IMG/VR virus record: IMGVR_UViG_2648501149_000023
DNA from: a virus
Taxonomy: Duplodnaviria; Heunggongvirae; Uroviricota; Caudoviricetes
Strand: one strand, 5' to 3'
DNA: 48,089 nt
Shown in pieces: positions 27,208 to 36,216 of the stretch. Every line of letters starts with the position of its first letter. Positions within the stretch are counted from its first letter, which is position 1. The translations under genes and the position numbers were made by a program. The notes under the pieces are model-generated. The model was given only the letters and a program-made list of their open reading frames with translations. It was not told where the DNA came from and made no database searches.

Positions 27208-28055
27208 TGGCTGATTCGAATCTCAACACCCCTGTTATTGTGCAGGCGACGCGGCTCGATACATCAATCCTTCCACGCAATATCTTCTCGCAGTCGTATC
27301 TGCTTTACGTTATCGCACAGAGCACTGATGTTGGTAACGTGGCTAACAAGGCCAACGAGGCCGGACAGGGCGCTTATGATGCACAGGTCAGGAACGATGA
27401 GCAGGATGTGATTCTCGCTGACCATGAGCAGCGAATTTCTGCTGCGGAAGCAACGCTTGTTAATCATGAGGAGCGAATCAGCCAGGCAGAATCAACTCTT
27501 CAGGAACATGAAACGCGAATCGCTCAGAATGAAAGCGATATTGCGTCGCTTGATACCAGAGTTCAGTCGCTGGAGTCGCAGGTTTCAGACCATGAATCGC
27601 GCATCGATTCTCTGGAGTATGCCACTACTCGCAAGAAGTCAGAGGTTGTTTACTCTGGCGTATCAGTAACCATCCCGACAGCGCCGACCAACCTTGTTAG
27701 CCTGCTGAAAACGCTCACGCCGTCATCCGGCTCGTTGGCACCATTCTTCGACACCGTTAACAACAAGATGGTTGTGTTCAACGAGAACAAAACCTTGTTC
27801 TTCAAGCTGTCGATCGTCGGGACGTGGCCCAGCGGAACCGCCAACAGGTCAATGCAGCTAACCTTTTCCGGCTCTGTTCCTGACACACTGGTAAGCAGTC
27901 GCAACTCGGCGACAACAACCGACAACATCCTGTTAGCTACGTTCTTCAGCGTGGATAAAGACGGATTTCTTGCCACAAATGGCAGTACGTTAACCATCCA
28001 GTCAAATGGTGCGGCGTTTACTGCCACAAACATCAAGATAATCGCGGAGCAGTAA
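27207..28055 (+). CDS. Tail needle (P22 gp26-like N-terminus with an extended C-terminal domain)
   Basis: N-terminus [43 protein letters not shown]... matches gp26; heptad-repeat coiled coil; about 100 extra C-terminal residues suggest an Sf6-type knob. Confidence 0.8.
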   Translation: MADSNLNTPVIVQATRLDTSILPRNIFSQSYLLYVIAQSTDVGNVANKANEAGQGAYDAQVRNDEQDVILADHEQRISAAEATLVNHEERISQAESTLQEHETRIAQNESDIASLDTRVQSLESQVSDHESRIDSLEYATTRKKSEVVYSGVSVTIPTAPTNLVSLLKTLTPSSGSLAPFFDTVNNKMVVFNENKTLFFKLSIVGTWPSGTANRSMQLTFSGSVPDTLVSSRNSATTTDNILLATFFSVDKDGFLATNGSTLTIQSNGAAFTATNIKIIAEQ

Positions 28056-28510
28056 TGATTCAGTTCAAACCAACGCGAAACATCGACCTGATCGAAGCAG
28101 TCGGAAATCACCCTGACATTATTGCCGGAAGCAACAACGGTGATGGATACGACTACAAGCCTGAATGCCGTTACTTTGAGGTGAACGTGCACGGTCAGTT
28201 TGGCGGCATTGTTTACTATCAGGAGATTCAGCCGCTGACATTCGATTGCCACGCCATGTACCTGCCAGAGGTTCGTGGATTCAGCAAGGAAATAGGGCTG
28301 GCGTTTTGGCGATACATTTTGACCAAGACCACCGTTCAGTGCGTCACATCATTTGCTGCACGCAAATTCCGCCACGGTCAGATGTACTGCGCAATGATTG
28401 GCCTTAAGCGTGTCGGAACCATCAAGAAATACTTTAAAGGCGTGGATGACGTGACGTTTTACAGCGCCACACGCGAAGAACTAATCGACTTCCTGAATCA
28501 CGGGAGATAG
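28055..28510 (+). CDS. gp14-like head/ejection-associated protein
   Basis: 151-aa ORF at the position of P22 gene 14; assignment by synteny only. Confidence 0.45.
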   Translation: MIQFKPTRNIDLIEAVGNHPDIIAGSNNGDGYDYKPECRYFEVNVHGQFGGIVYYQEIQPLTFDCHAMYLPEVRGFSKEIGLAFWRYILTKTTVQCVTSFAARKFRHGQMYCAMIGLKRVGTIKKYFKGVDDVTFYSATREELIDFLNHGR

Positions 28511-28512
28511 CC

Positions 28513-29205
28513 ATGTTATATGCATTTAAGCTGGGCAGAAAACTGCGCGGCGAGGAACCTTATTGCCCTGAAAAAGGCGGGAAAGGTGGCAGCTCTGATA
28601 AAAGCGCAAAGTATGCAGCAGAAGCCCAGAAGTATGCCGCAGACCTGCAAAATCAGCAGTTCAACACCATCATGAACAACCTGAAGCTGTTTACTCCTCT
28701 GGCTGATAAGTATGTCGGCAGCCTCGAGAACTTATCGTCTCTGGAGGGGCAAGGTCAGGCGCTAAACCAGTATTACAACTCTCAGCAGTACAAAGATCTT
28801 GCTGGTCAGGCTCGCTATCAGAGTCTGGCGGCAGCGGAAGCAACAGGTGGATTGGGTTCCACTGCAACCGGTAATCAGTTAGCAACAATCGCACCAACGC
28901 TTGGTCAGCAGTGGCTGTCTGGTCAGATGAACAACTACCAGAATCTGGCAAACATTGGTCTTGGCGCACTGCAAGGTCAGGCAAACGCCGGGCAGACATA
29001 TGCCAACAACATGAGTCAGATTTCGCAGCAAAGTGCGGCTCTTGCAGCGGCAAATGCCAACAGACCATCAGCAATGCAATCTGCTATTGGCGGAGGTGCG
29101 TCTGGTGCTATTGCTGGGGCTGGACTTGCGAAATTAATCGGTTCATCAACTCCGTGGGGGGCTGCGATCGGCGGCGGTCTTGGTCTGCTTGGCTCGTTGT
29201 TTTAA
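28513..29205 (+). CDS. Ejection protein (P22 gp7-like)
   Basis: 230-aa Gln/Ala/Gly-rich ORF at the gp7 position and of the gp7 size. Confidence 0.6.
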   Translation: MLYAFKLGRKLRGEEPYCPEKGGKGGSSDKSAKYAAEAQKYAADLQNQQFNTIMNNLKLFTPLADKYVGSLENLSSLEGQGQALNQYYNSQQYKDLAGQARYQSLAAAEATGGLGSTATGNQLATIAPTLGQQWLSGQMNNYQNLANIGLGALQGQANAGQTYANNMSQISQQSAALAAANANRPSAMQSAIGGGASGAIAGAGLAKLIGSSTPWGAAIGGGLGLLGSLF

Positions 29206-29214
29206 GGGGTAATC

Positions 29215-30564
29215 ATGGCTACGTGGCAACAGGGTATTAATTCTGGTGGTTTTCTGGCTGGCATCGGTACGCAAAATGAGAATGCGCCAAAGGCAAGCGA
29301 CATTAACGCAACGCTTGGTCTGATCCGCGAAAACAATGAACTGGCTCGCTCAGGTGCAAATAACGTTGGTCTGACCGCGTTACGTGGTCTGGCTGGAGTT
29401 GCTGATATTTACAATCAGGAACAGCAACAGAAAGCGATTAGTGCGTTCAATAAGGTTCACGCTGATGCATGGGCTTCTGGTGATCCATCGGGACTATTTA
29501 AGTTTGCCCAGGAAAATCCAGCGTTTGTTGCACAGGCACAACAGGCGTTTTCTGGTCTTAATGATCAGCAACGCAACGATATGGGCGATTTAGCCATGAG
29601 GGCTAACGTCGCTCTTTCTCAGGGACCGGAAGCCTACAGTAAATTCATTACTGACAACAAGGACAGGTTAAATCGCGTTGGTGCTAATGCTGACTGGATG
29701 ATTCAGACAGGTATCCAGAATCCAGAGCAGCTATCACACATGCTGACTACTATGTCTCTCGGTGCGCTTGGGCCAGAAAAGGCGTTTGCTGTTCAGGACA
29801 AGATGGTTGGTCGCCAGCAGGAGCAGCAAAGAATTAACGAAACCATTCGCAATAATGACATGACGAATGCGAGGGCTATTAGGGGGCAGGATCTTTCCTA
29901 TAAGGCTCAAATGGCAAGACTGAATCACGACAAGTATGTGTTTAAGCAGTCACAGGCGGCCCTTGAAAGAGCAGGACAACTTCAGGATATGGATGTTTTG
30001 TCTCTTAACTCACAGATAGCAGCGACGGGAATTGATCCTCTAACCGGTAAAGCTGCAACGTCAGCCAGAATGTCTCAGGCTAAGAGATGGCTTGATGGCA
30101 ACAATAATTACAACAATGCGTTGATTACTGGTGAGCGAGGGATAGAGAAAATAGATTCTTTGCTTGGTAAGAAGGAGCTTGAAGGTATCGGTCGCTTCGA
30201 AGGAAGAAATATAGATGGCTTCACAAGTGCTGAAGGGCTTGCAAACCGTAATGCGATAGAAGAATTAAAGTCGGGTGCGTTTGTCCAGAACGTGCAGACT
30301 ATGCGAGGTATGGGTAGCCTCTCCAATGCTGAAGGCCAAAAACTGGAAAACCTGATCGCGAAACTCGATATAACACAGCCTGAAGAGGTCGTCAGAAAAC
30401 AGTTATCTGAAATACGATCTCAATATTCTGTATTTCAAAAGGTTGCAGCAAGGGAGGCTGAATCAATGGGATACAGTTCATCAGGTTATGACACATATGT
30501 TAGTGAGCGAAAATCAGGAAGCGACAGCAATAAGTCCGGTTTCTCGTCTTTATGGGGTGATTAA
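29215..30564 (+). CDS. Ejection protein (P22 gp20-like)
   Basis: 449-aa ORF at the gp20 position; synteny and size. Confidence 0.6.
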   Translation: MATWQQGINSGGFLAGIGTQNENAPKASDINATLGLIRENNELARSGANNVGLTALRGLAGVADIYNQEQQQKAISAFNKVHADAWASGDPSGLFKFAQENPAFVAQAQQAFSGLNDQQRNDMGDLAMRANVALSQGPEAYSKFITDNKDRLNRVGANADWMIQTGIQNPEQLSHMLTTMSLGALGPEKAFAVQDKMVGRQQEQQRINETIRNNDMTNARAIRGQDLSYKAQMARLNHDKYVFKQSQAALERAGQLQDMDVLSLNSQIAATGIDPLTGKAATSARMSQAKRWLDGNNNYNNALITGERGIEKIDSLLGKKELEGIGRFEGRNIDGFTSAEGLANRNAIEELKSGAFVQNVQTMRGMGSLSNAEGQKLENLIAKLDITQPEEVVRKQLSEIRSQYSVFQKVAAREAESMGYSSSGYDTYVSERKSGSDSNKSGFSSLWGD

Positions 30565-32438
30565 TGGCTAAAGCATGGAAAGATGTTATCGCTTCTCCAC
30601 AGTATCAGGCGTTAACTGAAGAACAGAAAGCACAGGCTCAAGCGCAATATTTTGATGAGGTTGTTGCCCCTAAGGCTGGTGACAAATGGGCTGAAGCAAG
30701 AGATCAGTTTTATGCAGCATACCCTCCGCCTCAGCAGCAGAAAGAAGAACCATCATTGATGCAACAAGCTGGCGATTGGCTCACTGGTGGTCAAAGTGCA
30801 GGGCAAATTGCAGAGCAGGCTGGTCGTGGTCTGGTAAACATACCATTTGACGTATTGCAGGGTGGCGCAAGTCTGATTAATGCAATCAGCCAGGGGCTTG
30901 GTGGCTCCAAGGTTTTGGATGATGTTTATCGCCCTGTCGAGCGGCCGACAGACCCTTATGCGCAAGCTGGAGAAACAATTGGCGGGTATTTAGTTCCAGG
31001 AGTTGGAACGGCAGGAAGCATGGCTATTGGATCACTGGCAGAGGCCGCAAATCAGAAAGGCGATTTCGCACAAAATGCAGCCAAAAATGCCGGAGTTAAC
31101 CTTGCCGCTCAGGGTGTTCTTTCCGCAGCAGCAAAGGGAATAGGGCGTGGAATAACGGCTATAAAAGGTGATATTGCGCCAGAAGTGGCGAAGAAAATTG
31201 CCACATCAGAATCGATGGGCGTGACACCAATGACATCTGATGTTATCCCGCCGAAAAATGCTTTCACTCGTGGCCTTACTCAGGATGCCGAGGGGGCTTT
31301 GCTCGGGACAGGCTCAAAGAGAGCGGAGCAATATGCAACGCGTAGTAAACTGGTAAGCAATTATTTTGACCGTTTTGGTGAGTACAACCCTGATGATGTG
31401 GTGAAATCTCTTACCACCACGTTAAGGGGGCGGAAGGATGCCGCTGGCGCTGTTATCAATGACGTCACCAATAAAATGGGTAATGCCGCAGTTGATACCA
31501 CAAATACCATGAATGCTCTGAATACAGCGATCGCAAGACAGGAACGGCTTGGGACGTCTGCCAATCAAAGCCTGCTTACATCCTTGCGTAACCTACGTGA
31601 AGAATTAGCAAACCCTGCAACTGATTTGGATGTTACGTTTGATCTCTTGCGTCAGCACAGAACAGCATTTAGATCTAATGTTCAGGGAGATGCTATGGTC
31701 TTCCCCAACCAGGCAAAAGCAGCTACCAATATGGTAGAGAATGCAATGTCAAAAGACCTTCGTAACGCAGTTGCTAAAAACCTCGGTGCATCAGACGCAG
31801 CAAAATACCTTAAAGCAAATTCCGATTATGCAAACGTTTATAATAAGGTGCTTAATAAAAACATTGCCAACAAGCTCAACAAGGCAAGCAGTGAAGCCAG
31901 TCCTGAACTTATAAATACCGTTGTATTAAGCAGAAAACCATCTGACGTGAAACGAATCTGGAGCGCACTGGATGATAAAGGGAAAGATGCTATGCGTGCA
32001 GCTTACGTCAGCAAAATAGCGGAAAAGGCCGGCGACTCTCCAGCCAAGTTCATCACTGAAGTTAATAAGCTGAAATCTCAGTCAGGAGGTGAAATTTACA
32101 ACACTATTTTTTCTGGAAAGCACATGAAAGAACTTGATGCTCTTAATGAAGTTCTACAGCAAACAGCAAGGTCAGACACCGCAAATGTAGTAACTCAGAC
32201 GGGGCAATCGCAAGCCAACAGGATAAGGACGATTGGCGCAACTGCGACTCTTGGCGTATCAATGGGGCTTGAGGCTGGTTTCGGTGCAATGATGCGCTTG
32301 TATGAGTCCAAAGCAGCAAGGAATGCGCTCTTACGTCTGGCAAACACTAAAGCTGGAACGCCAGCCTATGAAAGAGCGCTGAATAACGCCGCAAATGCCA
32401 TCAGACCAATACTTGCCAATGATGCAACTGATCGCTAA
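30564..32438 (+). CDS. Ejection protein (P22 gp16-like)
   Basis: 624-aa ORF at the gp16 position; synteny and size. Confidence 0.6.
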   Translation: MAKAWKDVIASPQYQALTEEQKAQAQAQYFDEVVAPKAGDKWAEARDQFYAAYPPPQQQKEEPSLMQQAGDWLTGGQSAGQIAEQAGRGLVNIPFDVLQGGASLINAISQGLGGSKVLDDVYRPVERPTDPYAQAGETIGGYLVPGVGTAGSMAIGSLAEAANQKGDFAQNAAKNAGVNLAAQGVLSAAAKGIGRGITAIKGDIAPEVAKKIATSESMGVTPMTSDVIPPKNAFTRGLTQDAEGALLGTGSKRAEQYATRSKLVSNYFDRFGEYNPDDVVKSLTTTLRGRKDAAGAVINDVTNKMGNAAVDTTNTMNALNTAIARQERLGTSANQSLLTSLRNLREELANPATDLDVTFDLLRQHRTAFRSNVQGDAMVFPNQAKAATNMVENAMSKDLRNAVAKNLGASDAAKYLKANSDYANVYNKVLNKNIANKLNKASSEASPELINTVVLSRKPSDVKRIWSALDDKGKDAMRAAYVSKIAEKAGDSPAKFITEVNKLKSQSGGEIYNTIFSGKHMKELDALNEVLQQTARSDTANVVTQTGQSQANRIRTIGATATLGVSMGLEAGFGAMMRLYESKAARNALLRLANTKAGTPAYERALNNAANAIRPILANDATDR

Positions 32439-32459
32439 GGGTTGATGTCATGGATGTTG

Positions 32460-33098
32460 TTAATTGCGAATGGAATCGCGGAACTCTTTGCTTGATAGAA
32501 AAGGATCTGTTCTCCTTAACTCATCATAGTTTTTATTAAACTTTCTTGCTTCACCTGGGTATCTGTTGAACAAAACATTGCAGAAAAAAGAGAGCAATAA
32601 CTCACATATGAATGCTAATACCCTGAAAAATAAAGGTATAAAAAGAAGGGAAGGTTCATTGAAGTCTCTATTCCAAACAAAATAGACAATCATCCCGACA
32701 TACCAAATTGATATCCCTATACTGATGATTGTTCCAACAGAGGTAACTACGATCCCGATTAAGTCGGACAGTCTGTTTGCCAGTAACTCATTTGAGTATC
32801 TTGCAATCATATACCGCCAACATTTTGCAATATCATCCTGATCTGTAGAGTCTTCTGGAATAGCTAGGCTTCTACATATTGAAGTAGCTCTTTTTTTCTC
32901 AACTCTTTTTGAGATCCATCCATTAAAGAGATACATCAACACCTGCGTTGCTATTCCTGCACCAAGTGATATCAAAGACATCCCCAAAAATCTCCATCCT
33001 GGAGATAGTGACTGGTACTGCCAAACAAAAAAAATTAAAAAACCCAATGAGCCTATGACATAGGCTGATGTATCGCTATATATATCTATTTTTTTCAT
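32460..33098 (-). CDS. Four-TM inner-membrane protein (SieA position; possible superinfection-exclusion or Abi effector)
   Basis: ATG at 33098 preceded by AAGGAG; four hydrophobic segments (YVIGSLGFLIFFVWQY, FLGMSLISLGAGIATQVLMYLF, LIGIVVTSVGTIISIGISIWYVGMIVYFVW, LLFIPLFFRVLAFICELLLSFFC); downstream of and co-oriented with the S24-like gene. Confidence 0.6.
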   Translation of the reverse strand: MKKIDIYSDTSAYVIGSLGFLIFFVWQYQSLSPGWRFLGMSLISLGAGIATQVLMYLFNGWISKRVEKKRATSICRSLAIPEDSTDQDDIAKCWRYMIARYSNELLANRLSDLIGIVVTSVGTIISIGISIWYVGMIVYFVWNRDFNEPSLLFIPLFFRVLAFICELLLSFFCNVLFNRYPGEARKFNKNYDELRRTDPFLSSKEFRDSIRN

Positions 33099-33162
33099 TG
33101 AGTAGCCACTCCTTAGTTTTGAGCAGAACACCGGATGATAATGTGTCGCTTCCTAAAGGATA

Positions 33163-33804
33163 TCAAAGCAACGGGATTTCAAGGTAAACTGCGGTTGCCA
33201 AAATACTAACATCTTCATTTCTAACAAGAATATTAGGATACATTGGGTTTAGGGATACTAAGTTTGTCTCTATTTCACCAATGTAAACCTGCTTGAAGCT
33301 CAATATTTGCTCTTTATCCAATGATGCTATTACATAATCTTTGCTTTTAGCTTTTACTAGAGGGCTGAACGTGACAACTGATCCTCTGGGAAAGCTAATA
33401 CCTGAACTTGTAGTCATAGCTTCACCTTCAATAGTCAATGCAAATGCAGAGTCACCAACATTGTATATTGCCGGATGAAATCTAGACGATGAATGTTCAC
33501 CTGTGTTTAGGTAATGCATAACTTCATCTAGTTTGAGGATTGGTATTTGCTTTACCAGAACGTCAGGCATGACGTTTTTTGTTCCAGGCCCCTGACCTTC
33601 ACCCAGAGCTAACCACTCAGCCGTAGTGCCTAATGCGTTGGCTAATGCCTGCAATACACGAAGCCGTGGTTTAGCCTCACCACCCTCGTATGCAGCTATT
33701 TGACGTTGAACAACACCAGCTAATTTTGACAACTGCGCCTGCGTCATACCCCTGGACTGTCTTGCCAGAGATACTCTTGATGGGAATTGATCGTCAAAAT
33801 TCAT
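33163..33804 (-). CDS. Repressor-like HTH plus S24 LexA-like domain protein with the catalytic Ser replaced by Ala
   Basis: N-terminal XRE-type HTH (...MTQAQLSKLAGVVQRQIAAYEGG...); C-terminal domain aligns with this window's own cI: IEGEAMTTS versus VEGNSMTAP (Ser to Ala) and LSFKQV versus FTFKKL (Lys kept); ends ...NPMYPNI like cI ...NPQYPMI. Confidence 0.75.
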   Translation of the reverse strand: MNFDDQFPSRVSLARQSRGMTQAQLSKLAGVVQRQIAAYEGGEAKPRLRVLQALANALGTTAEWLALGEGQGPGTKNVMPDVLVKQIPILKLDEVMHYLNTGEHSSSRFHPAIYNVGDSAFALTIEGEAMTTSSGISFPRGSVVTFSPLVKAKSKDYVIASLDKEQILSFKQVYIGEIETNLVSLNPMYPNILVRNEDVSILATAVYLEIPLL

Positions 33805-33903
33805 TAGTTCACCATAAAAAATTCATTGACTCATACTGAGTGTGAGTGAATAATCAAACTACAAAAAGTGAGATTATGAGTTTTTCAAAAACAGGAGTGC
33901 ATA
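33805..33903. promoter_or_regulatory. Divergent promoter/operator region between the S24-like gene and the arc-like gene
   Basis: 99-bp AT-rich interval with inverted/direct repeats (GACTCATA...TATGAGTT; ACTCA-tac-TGAGT). Confidence 0.4.
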
Positions 33904-34077
33904 ATGACTGAAAAGATATCTTCCATCAAGCCGCGTCAGGTTCGTTTTACAGAAAAGGTTGATTCACATATCCGCGAATCAGCAAAAAGATGCCATAGGT
34001 CAATTCAGGCAGAGATAGCTTATCGAATGGAGTTATTGATGAAACTTGAGGCAAAGGGCGATGTTGTCATCCAATAA
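33904..34077 (+). CDS. Arc/Mnt-family ribbon-helix-helix repressor (Arc-like, 57 aa)
   Basis: Hand translation MTEKISSIKPRQVRFTEKVDSHIRESAKRCHRSIQAEIAYRMELLMKLEAKGDVVIQ has an RHH-type pattern (beta strand, then ...RS...EI...); below the ORF-track cutoff. Confidence 0.55.
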   Translation: MTEKISSIKPRQVRFTEKVDSHIRESAKRCHRSIQAEIAYRMELLMKLEAKGDVVIQ

Positions 34078-34160
34078 AAATAGTGAAGCCCGGCAGTGCG
34101 CGAACACAAACCGGGCCTCTATGTCAGTAACCGTATGCAAGGAAACTAACATGAATATTG
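34078..34160 (-). ncRNA. Possible sar-like antisense RNA across the ant RBS (hairpin plus U-run on the minus strand)
   Basis: GCCCGG...CCGGGC hairpin at about 34084-34112 is followed on the minus strand by TTCACTATTTTTATTGG; the transcript would be complementary to the ant RBS and start codon; a TACAAT -10-like hexamer lies on the minus strand inside the ant 5' end. Start is not mapped. Confidence 0.3.
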
Positions 34161-34777
34161 TAGCAAAATCAGATTACAACTTCCACGGAGTTGAGTTGGT
34201 GCCCACCCGTGATATGCATGGTGTTTGGTTTACATCATCTAATATTGCATCTGCACTTAAATATGCAAATAGCCGTGCAGTAACAATGATTTATAACAAG
34301 TATAGCGATGAGTTTAGCGCCGGAATGACTCAGGTACTCGAAGTGAGTACCTCAGGAAATTATCGCAAAAAAGTGCGAGTTTTCTCACTACGCGGTGCCC
34401 ACCTAATCGCGATGTTTGCTCGCACTCCGGTAGCCAAAGAGTTCCGCCGCTGGGTGCTGGATATTTTGGATCGGCAGGCAGAATGCTCACCGATTGCAAA
34501 ACAGTTTACTGACGAAGAACTGGTTAATCTCTGCTACTTACAATTGTGGATGGAGAAGAGTCAACAAATGTGCAAACACATCTACCCAGGAATGAAGCAA
34601 ATTGGTTCTGAGCTTTCAGGAAGAATTTACGATATTGCATATGAGACTCGCTATATGTCAGAAGAAACCAAGAAATCACTTCTTCGTGAAATGAAGAATC
34701 TTGATACCAACAATTTTGTCGTAAAGAACGCTCAGCCAATGCTGACAAAACTGCGCGGCGAGGAATGGATTCATTGA
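34151..34777 (+). CDS. Antirepressor with Bro-N/AntA-type N-terminal domain
   Basis: ATG at 34151 preceded by AAGGA; ...FHGVELVPTRDMHGVWFTSSNIASALKYANSRAVTMIYNKYSDEF...KVRVFSLRGAHLIAMFARTPVAKEFRRWVLDIL... fits the Bro-N pattern (recall). Confidence 0.65.
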   Translation: MNIVAKSDYNFHGVELVPTRDMHGVWFTSSNIASALKYANSRAVTMIYNKYSDEFSAGMTQVLEVSTSGNYRKKVRVFSLRGAHLIAMFARTPVAKEFRRWVLDILDRQAECSPIAKQFTDEELVNLCYLQLWMEKSQQMCKHIYPGMKQIGSELSGRIYDIAYETRYMSEETKKSLLREMKNLDTNNFVVKNAQPMLTKLRGEEWIH

Positions 34778-34865
34778 TTGGTGCGCCGGACGGCGCAAAA
34801 AGAAAACCGCCAGTGTGCTGCTGGCGGCCTATGTCACACCCTTACTACCACATAAGGAATGCCTA

Positions 34866-35591
34866 ATGACTTTGAAGAATGTAGCAAACATCGGATCCGT
34901 TGTCACGGATAAAACCATTGACAGCCAAAGTCTTCTGATGATGGTTAATGAAGCTCGCAAGTTATGTGGAGAGCCATCAGTACGTAACAACAAATTCATC
35001 GAGAAAATTGAGGATGAATTGGAGGGCGAGACCTACACAAAAAGTGTAGGTCGGAAAAACGGGGCTGACATTGATGTTATCTCCATGACTATCAAGCAGG
35101 CGCTTCGTGTTGCTGCTCGCGAATCTAAAGCAGTTCGCCGAACACTTGTAGACAAACTTGAAAGTATGCAAGAAGCGCACATTAAAAGCGGTAAATCGTC
35201 GAGTGGACTTGTTGAGTATCGCCAGGCTCGAACATTGAAAATGACGGTTGAAGCTGTTACCAATCTGTTAGATTTGATGCCAAATCTTGCGCCGGAAGCA
35301 AAGCAGACTGCGGCAGCAAGCATAATCAACCCGATAGTTGGTTTTAATGCAATACCTCTTCCAGCAATAGAAGAGCATTACTACTCAGCAGGGGAGGTTG
35401 CAGAGCAGCTTGGAGTAACGGCAAACAAGATTGGTCGCATTGCTAACGCAAACAACCTCAAAACTGAGCAGTACGGGAAGTTCTTCTTGGATAAATCTGC
35501 GCATTCAAGCAAACAGGTGGAAGCATTCCGCTACAATGCGGAGGGTGTTAAAGCACTACAACACCTGATTCATGGGAGCAATGTTGCATAA
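34866..35591 (+). CDS. Hypothetical immI-region protein (242 aa; possible antirepressor-associated or Rha-like)
   Basis: ATG at 34866 preceded by AAGGA; weak resemblance of ...EARKLCGEPSVRNNKFIEKIE... to Rha-type N-termini; function unassigned. Confidence 0.45.
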   Translation: MTLKNVANIGSVVTDKTIDSQSLLMMVNEARKLCGEPSVRNNKFIEKIEDELEGETYTKSVGRKNGADIDVISMTIKQALRVAARESKAVRRTLVDKLESMQEAHIKSGKSSSGLVEYRQARTLKMTVEAVTNLLDLMPNLAPEAKQTAAASIINPIVGFNAIPLPAIEEHYYSAGEVAEQLGVTANKIGRIANANNLKTEQYGKFFLDKSAHSSKQVEAFRYNAEGVKALQHLIHGSNVA

Positions 35592-35812
35592 TGGCAAAGA
35601 AAAGATATGGCATTATGCCGCCAAGAATCAAAGGAAGAGCCAGGGTAAAAGGAGATGCTGGAAGGTATCACATTCTTGGAGTTCTGTGGCATGAGAGAGC
35701 TTTAATTTTAAGTAGACCTCATGGGTACATTGAAAAGGTATCTATAGATAGAGTAGAGATTCTTCCCCTTACACCTGAAGAAGAAGAAACGTACGGACTT
35801 TTTGATAACTAA
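35591..35812 (+). CDS. Hypothetical small protein (73 aa)
   Basis: ORF overlapping the upstream stop; followed by a strong terminator. Confidence 0.4.
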   Translation: MAKKRYGIMPPRIKGRARVKGDAGRYHILGVLWHERALILSRPHGYIEKVSIDRVEILPLTPEEEETYGLFDN

Positions 35813-35821
35813 CCAACTAAA

Positions 35822-35850
35822 CCCGCTTAATTGCGGGTTTTTTCTTTTCT
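35822..35850 (+). terminator. Intrinsic terminator (ACCCGC/GCGGGT hairpin plus T-run)
   Basis: ACCCGCttaattGCGGGTTTTTTCTTTTC just after the 35591..35812 ORF; the minus-strand Mnt-like gene ends within it. Confidence 0.7.
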
Positions 35851-36084
35851 AAGGATATCAGCCACAACTTCTTTTACTCGTTCCGAGATTAATGAGGCCA
35901 GCCTCTCTTCTTCATCACGATACCCGCTTACAGGTGATGGTTTGGAGAGTGATTCTTCCATCGTAGCCACAATTTCGGAATTGATAGACCTGTTATTCAT
36001 TTTTGCACGTTGCTTAATCTTAGCGTGCAACTCGTGCGTAAGCCTCAAGTGGAACTGCGCCTCATCGTATTTGCTGTACATCAT
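35827..36084 (-). CDS. mnt: Mnt-like ribbon-helix-helix repressor (85 aa)
   Basis: ...AQFHLRLTHELHAKIKQRAKMNNRSINSEIVATMEESLSKPSPVSGYRDEEERLA... parallels P22 Mnt (...RSMNSELLQIVQDALSKPSPVTGYRND..., recall); ATG at 36084 with GGTGAGG RBS. The longer ORF-track version (to 36558) runs antisense into the tailspike gene start. Confidence 0.7.
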   Translation of the reverse strand: MMYSKYDEAQFHLRLTHELHAKIKQRAKMNNRSINSEIVATMEESLSKPSPVSGYRDEEERLASLISERVKEVVADILRKEKTRN

Positions 36085-36216
36085 CAATGCCTCACCAAAT
36101 GGGTGGAATGGCATCGTAAAACCTACTGTACAAATCAACAATCGTACCATTTCGGTATGCAACAAACACCAACCGTAGCCATGCTTCGGTGATTCCTTGT
36201 ATCTGGAGCAAATTAA

